Virus record (IMG/VR): IMGVR_UViG_3300025892_000008
Strand: one strand, 5' to 3'
From: a virus
Taxonomy: Duplodnaviria; Caudoviricetes
Length of the DNA stretch: 64,000 bases
Each line of letters starts with the position of its first letter. The stretch's first letter is position 1. Of this stretch, positions 19,388 to 26,106 are shown in pieces. The notes beneath the pieces were generated by a model. The model saw only the letters and a list, made by a program, of their open reading frames with translations, searched no databases and was not told the origin of the DNA. Made by a program: the position numbers and the translations under genes.

Positions 19388-19775
19388 CAAAAACCTCTTC
19401 CTTTAAATAACGTTTTAACTCACCGTCAATGGGTTGTACGTTATAGTTATCTTTGAAAAATATCTCATAACTATCAGAGCCATATTTTCCAATTCCGTAT
19501 AACATTGTAGCATCATTTCCGTCCCAAGTCAAGTAATCTTTTGACATTCTACGTAGCCGGTGTTCACGTACATTAACCATTCCTAATGGTTTAATAATCA
19601 TTTTAATTGTATCTGGCGCAGTATTAATCAAATGTACTGGTGTAGGACAAATACCAAATAACAAAGGTAATACTCTTTTTACTTGTTTACGGTTTGTTTG
19701 ATTAAGACAGATAACACCTACCATGTGTTGCCAAGAGCCATCAATTTGCTGTTGCACCATAAGTTCGTCTTTCAT
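19368..19775 (-). CDS. HhH-GPD DNA glycosylase, MBD4-like
   Basis: W...ICLNQT...KPLG...LYGIGKYGSDSYEIF closely parallels the MBD4 glycosylase domain. Confidence 0.75.
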   Translation of the reverse strand: MKDELMVQQQIDGSWQHMVGVICLNQTNRKQVKRVLPLLFGICPTPVHLINTAPDTIKMIIKPLGMVNVREHRLRRMSKDYLTWDGNDATMLYGIGKYGSDSYEIFFKDNYNVQPIDGELKRYLKEEVFDVVETA

Positions 19776-19981
19776 CCTAGTGTGACCCAATTACTATGTT
19801 TCGGCTTGAACAAAGAATAAACCTGTTTTACTCTTTTGTTATATTCTTCTTCATTCACCGAAATATTATTTAGGTGTTGTCTCCAAATTCTTTTCATATC
19901 GTCTGAAAGTTTTGGGTTTGCTAGAATTAATTTTAAACTTGCTCTACGCTGAGACTGTTTGATTTCCGAATAAGGTCCCAT
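19772..19981 (-). CDS. hypothetical protein
   Basis: 69 aa ORF. Confidence 0.6.
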   Translation of the reverse strand: MGPYSEIKQSQRRASLKLILANPKLSDDMKRIWRQHLNNISVNEEEYNKRVKQVYSLFKPKHSNWVTLG

Positions 19982-20177
19982 AATTTATTCCTTTCATTGG
20001 ACAATTCTTTCTACTCATTCTTACAATGTGTGGTGTAAGATTATGTAACTTAGTCATATCAATTAGTTTTATACCACGTAAGTTAAACATGAGTGCTTCA
20101 TTAGGTGTAAGAATTCTAATATCGTTCTGAGTTTTTTGCGGTTGAAGTGCATAAACTCTTTCTTCATTAAGATTCAT
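19944..20177 (-). CDS. hypothetical protein
   Basis: 77 aa ORF with TAATG coupling. Confidence 0.5.
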   Translation of the reverse strand: MNLNEERVYALQPQKTQNDIRILTPNEALMFNLRGIKLIDMTKLHNLTPHIVRMSRKNCPMKGINYGTLFGNQTVSA

Positions 20178-20425
20178 TATACTATTTCCTCAACTATTCC
20201 TAACACTTCTGCTAAAAATAATACTGCTCCACCAAGCATCATTAAAAATCCTGCATCAGCAATAAAAATATCAGTGTACTCGTTTGCTGTCCATAAAATA
20301 TATCCTGCAACAGCCATTAAGCCTGATGCTATAAATCTAAATATACTTTTTACAATACTAACTGCAAAGTGTCCTAAGCCGGGATCTTTAGCCGCAGGAA
20401 CAAATACTCTTTCTGGAATAGGCAT
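20177..20425 (-). CDS. small membrane protein (2 TM)
   Basis: Two hydrophobic segments. Confidence 0.65.
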   Translation of the reverse strand: MPIPERVFVPAAKDPGLGHFAVSIVKSIFRFIASGLMAVAGYILWTANEYTDIFIADAGFLMMLGGAVLFLAEVLGIVEEIV

Positions 20426-20607
20426 TATTTTACCTCCACAAGTGGATCACTTAAAAAACTATCATGGTAGTCACCACTTTTATGAAACTGCCTGATTGAA
20501 GTCTCCTTAATCAGGTGCCCATTCTTTATAGTATACGTAACATATTCTGCTTTGATCATACCTTCCGTGCTTCTGTTGATATGTTCAGTCATAGGTCCAT
20601 CTTTCAT
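20425..20607 (-). CDS. hypothetical protein
   Basis: 60 aa ORF with AGGAG SD. Confidence 0.6.
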   Translation of the reverse strand: MKDGPMTEHINRSTEGMIKAEYVTYTIKNGHLIKETSIRQFHKSGDYHDSFLSDPLVEVK

Positions 20608-20617
20608 TTATATCTCC

Positions 20618-21307
20618 TTATTGATTACAAGCATATGATTGTTGAAGTTTAATGTTATCCATAAACTCTTTCTTAGTAGCCGCATCGTCTTTGAATGCAC
20701 CTTTAAGAACAGTTGTTTGTGTAAGACTACTGTGTGCCTTAACACCCCTATTCTCAACACAACCGTGTGTTGCTTGTATATACACACCTAAGTGTTCTGC
20801 ACCTGTTGCTTTTTGTATTTCACGGGTAATATCATTTGCAAGTTCTTCTTGCAATGTACCACGTTCAGCACACCATTGTGCAATACGTGTATACTTAGAC
20901 AAGCCAATTAGTTTGTCTGCGGCAATTATACCAATGTATGCTACGCCTCTTACAATCTGATGATGATGTGAACACATACTTGTTAGTTCTGAACGTACTA
21001 CTAGCATACCTTCATAACGTGAAGCACTGTCATTTGGAAATGCTGTTGCACTAGGAATAGGATCATAACGTCCTGCCATTAGTTCATTGATATACATCTT
21101 TGCAAGACGTTTACCAGTTCCCATACTGTTAGGGTCATTATGCCTGTCAATTACAAGTGCATCTAGTACACCTTCAAACTTCTCGGCGGCTTCGTTGATA
21201 AGTTGTTCTTTTTCGCCTTCAAAAATAAAGTCACTGATATTGTCACCTGCCCAATATCTATTTTCTGTATCTTGTAAGCGTTTTGCTATTTCTTCGTATT
21301 TCTTCAA
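20618..21307 (-). CDS. folE: GTP cyclohydrolase I
   Basis: SMCSHH, GLSKYTRI, LQEEL and HGCVENRGV (Zn ligands C/H/C); TTG start after GGAG. Confidence 0.93.
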   Translation of the reverse strand: MKKYEEIAKRLQDTENRYWAGDNISDFIFEGEKEQLINEAAEKFEGVLDALVIDRHNDPNSMGTGKRLAKMYINELMAGRYDPIPSATAFPNDSASRYEGMLVVRSELTSMCSHHHQIVRGVAYIGIIAADKLIGLSKYTRIAQWCAERGTLQEELANDITREIQKATGAEHLGVYIQATHGCVENRGVKAHSSLTQTTVLKGAFKDDAATKKEFMDNIKLQQSYACNQ

Positions 21308-21346
21308 TTTAATCTCCGATGTTAACGCAGTGGATTGCGTATAGTA

Positions 21347-22387
21347 TTAATGTAACACGTCTAGTAAACCTTTGCAACTAAAATAATCTCCATTCAGTTT
21401 GTTTACTTGTTTATTTAGGTCTGGAAGATAGTTTTTATAATTTTCCATGTATTCTGTAATAAGATTCATTACTTTGGGTTTGTTCTTTTTATATGAATCT
21501 AATGAATCTGTCCATTCACTTGGATATTTAAACTTAGGTAATGCCATTTCAGAATAACTTAACCTATCTGGAACCATTGGAATTGCACCAACAATTGCAC
21601 CTTCATACCAACTTATACCTAGTGTTTCTTGTAAGTTGGCACTAAACACAATTTTTGCTTCTCCTAGTAAGTTGTGATATTCGTTCTTTGAAAGATCTCG
21701 TTCTTGACAAACCACAAAGTTATATTGTGGTAATGCTTCTTTCAAGTCTTGGAATATTGATAGTTGTTTTTCAGGAGCAATCCTGTGTGGGAATAATATA
21801 GTATCCTTTTTAGGCATTCCTTTATACATTGTAAGTGTATCTTCCATGTATTCAAAAGGCCAACCTGTTCTTACTATTTTTTGTTTATCTAAATCAGGAA
21901 AGGCTTTAAAGAACATAAGAATATGGAATTCACTTGCAAAGAAATTATGATCAAAACATTCATACATACTTCTTTCAGCATTTCTTACCCAAGGCTTATC
22001 GCCAATTATCCTACCAAGAAAATCAGCAGGATCGTAACTGCCAGCATGCCATAACCCACCAATTCTGATCTTAACATTAAGTAGCTCAGCCATGTATTTA
22101 AGTTGTATAACAGACGGGTTCCAAGCATCTGTATATAGGAAATAATCCCCATCCTTTACTTCTCCTTTGCAAAATGCATCAGCAATCTGCATCAATTGAT
22201 TTGATTTGTAAACATTAGTCCCACCAAAGTTGAGGAACGCACCAGGTGTTGTTGCCTGTGGCGTATCCCCTCCATTGACTACTCGCACTTTATGGCCGTG
22301 AGCTTCTAGCAGTTTAGGAAACTTTGTTTTCCACTGTTTAGTGTATCGTGTTTCTACTGCTTCAAGATCAACTAGCCAAATATTCAT
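21347..22387 (-). CDS. GT-B (GT4-type, retaining) glycosyltransferase inside the deazaguanine cluster
   Basis: FPHRIAPEK and the E-x7-E motif ETLGISWYE, followed by GAIPMVPDRLSY. Confidence 0.8.
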   Translation of the reverse strand: MNIWLVDLEAVETRYTKQWKTKFPKLLEAHGHKVRVVNGGDTPQATTPGAFLNFGGTNVYKSNQLMQIADAFCKGEVKDGDYFLYTDAWNPSVIQLKYMAELLNVKIRIGGLWHAGSYDPADFLGRIIGDKPWVRNAERSMYECFDHNFFASEFHILMFFKAFPDLDKQKIVRTGWPFEYMEDTLTMYKGMPKKDTILFPHRIAPEKQLSIFQDLKEALPQYNFVVCQERDLSKNEYHNLLGEAKIVFSANLQETLGISWYEGAIVGAIPMVPDRLSYSEMALPKFKYPSEWTDSLDSYKKNKPKVMNLITEYMENYKNYLPDLNKQVNKLNGDYFSCKGLLDVLH

Positions 22388-22590
22388 CTGCGCTTACTCC
22401 TTTTATCTTTAAATTTCCGATTACCTTTACTAAATGCTCTCCATACATAACTAGAGTTATTATAGAGATCCTTTTCATGAAAAGGATAAAAGTTACCACG
22501 GTTGTCACTGTTAAAGCGACAAAAATTTTTGAATTGTTCAAGATCGTTAAAAACCTTATCGTAGGCTCTACGATTGAATTGAATCGCCAT
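22384..22590 (-). CDS. hypothetical basic protein
   Basis: 68 aa ORF with ATGA overlap to the GT gene. Confidence 0.6.
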   Translation of the reverse strand: MAIQFNRRAYDKVFNDLEQFKNFCRFNSDNRGNFYPFHEKDLYNNSSYVWRAFSKGNRKFKDKRSKRR

Positions 22591-22602
22591 TTTAATAATC
22601 CT

Positions 22603-23043
22603 CTATCTAGCATACTCAATGTGGGCACCGTTTTCTCCATCTTCACTTACGTCAATATGGACTTCACGGCCTGGGTGTTTAGCAATAATTTGTTCATATA
22701 AATCATCACTCATCATTTCACAACTTTTATAATCTAATTCAATTGTCTTCTCCTCATACAGTTTCTCAAGCCAACGCTTGAATTGGATGAATTCAATATC
22801 TCTGTCGTTGTGTGTAACAGTGATACCTACCTTAAAATGAAATATGTGTCTATGGGGATAACCCAAAAAACTAACATCATATTCATCTCCTGTTGCAAGA
22901 CTAGGATCATCTAGTGCCGCAGGATACTTATGGATACCTTCTTTAGTAAAGGTTACCCAAATCATTCGTTTTGCTGTAGACATAATGCGTCTATGATTGT
23001 CTTCTGCTGTTGCTTCTTTTATCATTGTTTCCATTGTACTCAT
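22603..23043 (-). CDS. QueD-paralogous T-fold protein, DpdL-like (true start probably 23034 or 23025)
   Basis: LGYPHRHIF (LxxxHRHxF rather than the QueD CxxxHGH), IEFI, SCEM and VSEDGENGA. Confidence 0.65.
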   Translation of the reverse strand: MSTMETMIKEATAEDNHRRIMSTAKRMIWVTFTKEGIHKYPAALDDPSLATGDEYDVSFLGYPHRHIFHFKVGITVTHNDRDIEFIQFKRWLEKLYEEKTIELDYKSCEMMSDDLYEQIIAKHPGREVHIDVSEDGENGAHIEYAR

Positions 23044-23072
23044 AGTATACTACCTTTTTGTTCTGTTGTCAA
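23044..23072 (-). promoter_or_regulatory. sigma70-type promoter for the T-fold/GT/folE block
   Basis: TTGACA-N17-TATACT. Confidence 0.75.
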
Positions 23073-23073
23073 G

Positions 23074-23577
23074 TTAGTCTTTAATATCATCATCGCCATA
23101 TTTGCTCCAATCCGTAAACTTATTGCGTTGTAATAGTGGATGAATATTGTGTACCCATACACCCGGATTAGAATGATCAAAGTCTGCATCATCAATCTTA
23201 ATACAAGCATTGTAGTTAAGTTGATTTACGTATGGCAGTTTAACACTAATCATACTAATAAAGTTATGATTCTCATTAAACCCACTTTCAAGTATCCATT
23301 CATGATACTTTACATCATAGTCTAATGTAACTAAAAATTTCTTATTAAGTAGGCCTTGTACAAGATCTTCCCAACTTTCTTTTGGAACAAAACTGTGATT
23401 AGCACCTAAGTAAATATGGTCAACTGTGTGTTCTTTTGCTTTTGCAAGAACATCTTCTAATGGTTGACATCCTGTTACAAACAGTGTATGCATTTCATAA
23501 GCAGGAGTTTTCTCTACTTCATATCCTGTAAAGTAAGTAACATCTTCTTTTACACCATCTGCATATTCTCGTTTCAT
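23074..23577 (-). CDS. hypothetical protein adjacent to the TGT-like gene
   Basis: 167 aa ORF with HIYLGANHSF, KIDDADF and PGVWVH motifs. Confidence 0.75.
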   Translation of the reverse strand: MKREYADGVKEDVTYFTGYEVEKTPAYEMHTLFVTGCQPLEDVLAKAKEHTVDHIYLGANHSFVPKESWEDLVQGLLNKKFLVTLDYDVKYHEWILESGFNENHNFISMISVKLPYVNQLNYNACIKIDDADFDHSNPGVWVHNIHPLLQRNKFTDWSKYGDDDIKD

Positions 23578-23753
23578 TCAGCGTTTACCTTTTCTAACCT
23601 ATCAATTTGGTCTTTCATTTTTAATCGACTACGTTTCATTTCAGATATTTCTTCATCTGCAAACCTACCGGTTTTTTCCATAGTATCAATTTTTTTATTT
23701 AGGAAATTGTGTGTTTCTTTTAAAACTTTTAGTCTCTGAGTGTAGTCACCCAT
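23574..23753 (-). CDS. small DUF465/YdcH-like coiled-coil protein (59 aa, not in the ORF track)
   Basis: Hand-translated MGDYTQRLKVLKETH...EMKRSRLKMKDQIDRLE; GGAGG SD and ATGA coupling. Confidence 0.65.
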   Translation of the reverse strand: MGDYTQRLKVLKETHNFLNKKIDTMEKTGRFADEEISEMKRSRLKMKDQIDRLEKVNAE

Positions 23754-23754
23754 T

Positions 23755-25302
23755 TTACGCCTCCTGTAGTTGTTGCTCTAGTTTATCTAGTTCACCATCT
23801 TCTCTATCATCTGCCCAAGGTGTTTTTTCTTCACCTTCTTCGTCTACTTCTACAAACATTCTGTTAAACTCATTGGTAACACCACCACGTAGTCTTGCAC
23901 CTTCTAAGTTTTTAAGGAAACTGTCACCTTCTTTAATCATAGCAAACGCTGCTTCTTTAGTAGGCTGTTCGAACAGTTCTTCGACAAATTTATCAAAGTA
24001 TAAAATGTTACGCGGCACCCAATCAGAATATTCATCACTCTTATCTGCTTCTTTTACTTTTCTCCAACTTCTCCAGTCTGGACGATCCTTTGCCAATTCA
24101 ATATCTGTTAAGTTGTTAGCACGTTGTACCGCAACAATATGTTGATAAACGTTATGTGCCATCATTAGTGCATAACCAAAACTATCCCAAGATGTTTTAC
24201 CTTCTTTACCAATCTTGTTTAACATACCTGGAGCATAATGACAAATGTCAGCAATGCTTAGTCGTCTACCAATTTCACTTTCGAAAGGAAAAGGAATATC
24301 GTGCCTCTTGGCAAGTGCTTTGTTATCAGGAGCCTTGTCCATTATAACTGACCATCTCTTACTTGTATGCTGGCTGTTAGTGTACACTAGTCCGTGTGCT
24401 GTAGCAATAAAAGGACTTGCACAATCAAAACTAACTGTAAAGTTCTCATTAATGTGTTTTCTAACCTGTCGTTGAATTGAAGTAAGATAACATGACCAAT
24501 CAAGTTGTGCAGTACCTAAGAAGTGCATCCAGTCCTTGCCTTCTAGCATACCATCAAATTTCATAGTCATTATACGTCTTAGTGTAATAGGCATTTTGCA
24601 CATATTAGCGCCACCCATTGCCCAGCCTTCACAAGCCTTGTCTTTCCATATAGCAGGATCGGAGAATTCTTTAACACCTTCGTACCACCTTTCAGCAGTA
24701 TCCCAGTCTGAACCCTGTAATACATTTAAGAACTTAGTTGCACCAAGTCTGCGCTCTAACCAATATTTGTTATTAAATCTTGTTTTTTCTAAACAATCTT
24801 CAAAACTCTTTAGTCCTGTTTTAGGCGAATGAATATGATCACATGCCCAAGTAGGAACGTCAAGTAGCATACTCCAGTCTGCTGTAAGTTCGAGCCAATT
24901 AAGAATATCTTCTCTAACCTTATTAGCAGCAGGACCTTCAAAGTTTAGCCAATCAAATTTAAGAACACCTTTACCAACTTGATAACCACCTGAGTCACCA
25001 AGTATCATAGTGTTGCCACGATCACGTGTTTGCACCATACTGTCTTGATCCATTGTTTTATCAAGATTTAATTGTGCGTGTCCTGCGGAATACAATCCAT
25101 ATTTGTATGTAAAGTATCCTTCTTCTTCATTTAAAAAGTTCATACCTTCGATGCCGCGATCAAAGCCTTGCGGAATACGGTCAGTTGGAACGAACTCTTG
25201 CTTACGTTGTTTAGCAATATAAGTGCTGAAGAAAGAACTAATAGCAGGCAAATACACTGCGTAGTCTTTCTGTAATGGTGTTAAGTTGACTGGTTTTTTC
25301 AT
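23755..25302 (-). CDS. dpdA: tRNA-guanine transglycosylase-fold protein, probable DNA 7-deazaguanine transglycosylase (DpdA-like)
   Basis: GDSGGYQ, LLDVP, VLQG, WAMGG, HFLG, FDCASP and AHN motifs; co-located with folE/queE and directly downstream of the clamp and polymerase. Confidence 0.75.
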   Translation of the reverse strand: MKKPVNLTPLQKDYAVYLPAISSFFSTYIAKQRKQEFVPTDRIPQGFDRGIEGMNFLNEEEGYFTYKYGLYSAGHAQLNLDKTMDQDSMVQTRDRGNTMILGDSGGYQVGKGVLKFDWLNFEGPAANKVREDILNWLELTADWSMLLDVPTWACDHIHSPKTGLKSFEDCLEKTRFNNKYWLERRLGATKFLNVLQGSDWDTAERWYEGVKEFSDPAIWKDKACEGWAMGGANMCKMPITLRRIMTMKFDGMLEGKDWMHFLGTAQLDWSCYLTSIQRQVRKHINENFTVSFDCASPFIATAHGLVYTNSQHTSKRWSVIMDKAPDNKALAKRHDIPFPFESEIGRRLSIADICHYAPGMLNKIGKEGKTSWDSFGYALMMAHNVYQHIVAVQRANNLTDIELAKDRPDWRSWRKVKEADKSDEYSDWVPRNILYFDKFVEELFEQPTKEAAFAMIKEGDSFLKNLEGARLRGGVTNEFNRMFVEVDEEGEEKTPWADDREDGELDKLEQQLQEA

Positions 25303-25310
25303 AATGTTAT

Positions 25311-26048
25311 TTAGGCCGCCTGTGCTGGAATGATATATTTGTAATTTGCTAATCCACTATCTAGTGTAATTTGAATAGCACCTTCGTTTGAAATACTCAT
25401 CTTAGTATTATTAACATCAGCAATTTTAAGGATAGCAAGAATACTAGCCACTGGCCAAGTCCAACCTTTATCTAATGTACCTTCAACATTTTGTGCGAAT
25501 ACAAATTCACCACCATGTGTACTTGCATCACCAAAGATAAACTTCAAGTTATTATCTTCAGTTTTTGCTAAGAACGTTGGATGTTCAGGATTAGCGCCTG
25601 CTTGGAAACTAAACCTTTGTACTGCTGGCAAAGTTGGAGTTACCTCAACATTCCAGTTAACACCACGAAACTTAACAGTTTTCATTTTTTCGTTAATAAT
25701 TTCTTGATTCATAAAACGATAGTCGTTTTTAAAATCACCATCAGCATTTTCAAAATGAATACCTACTGGAATAGTAGCACCATTTCTTTCAGCATTTGTA
25801 ATAGTAATTTTTGCATCCTTTTGATATTCAGTACCATCAATTAAGTATTTCAACTTATTAAGTTGAGGCATACCAAATGTACCAATCATATCTGGATACG
25901 GGTTATGTGTGTCTGCTTCCATAATAACTGATCTGTCATCAGCCATTGAAAACATTCCTGTCTTATCTTCTTCGCCAGATACCTTAACAGTTGTTAGGAA
26001 ACCTAAGTTCTGTGTGTGGCTGACGATATCTTGTAAAATGTCTTTCAT
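25311..26048 (-). CDS. DNA polymerase sliding clamp (gp45-like)
   Basis: 245 aa acidic beta-rich protein immediately downstream of polB; size and synteny fit. Confidence 0.6.
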   Translation of the reverse strand: MKDILQDIVSHTQNLGFLTTVKVSGEEDKTGMFSMADDRSVIMEADTHNPYPDMIGTFGMPQLNKLKYLIDGTEYQKDAKITITNAERNGATIPVGIHFENADGDFKNDYRFMNQEIINEKMKTVKFRGVNWNVEVTPTLPAVQRFSFQAGANPEHPTFLAKTEDNNLKFIFGDASTHGGEFVFAQNVEGTLDKGWTWPVASILAILKIADVNNTKMSISNEGAIQITLDSGLANYKYIIPAQAA

Positions 26049-26069
26049 TGAATTCTCCTATACATTTAC

Positions 26070-26098
26070 ATTATAATTAAGTTTTGTATAAAACGCAA
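26070..26098 (-). promoter_or_regulatory. sigma70-type promoter for clamp/dpdA
   Basis: TTGCGT-N17-TATAAT. Confidence 0.6.
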
Positions 26099-26106
26099 GT
26101 GCTTTT

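Noticed and set aside
21305-21345. Possible preQ1 or THF-II riboswitch before folE or queE
   Set aside because: No recognisable consensus. The queE leader is only a few nt after its promoter, and the folE intergenic gap is about 40 nt.
22603-23043. Annotation as canonical QueD
   Set aside because: It lacks the catalytic CxxxHGH and has LxxxHRHxF instead, so it is kept as a QueD paralogue. QueD activity is not excluded.
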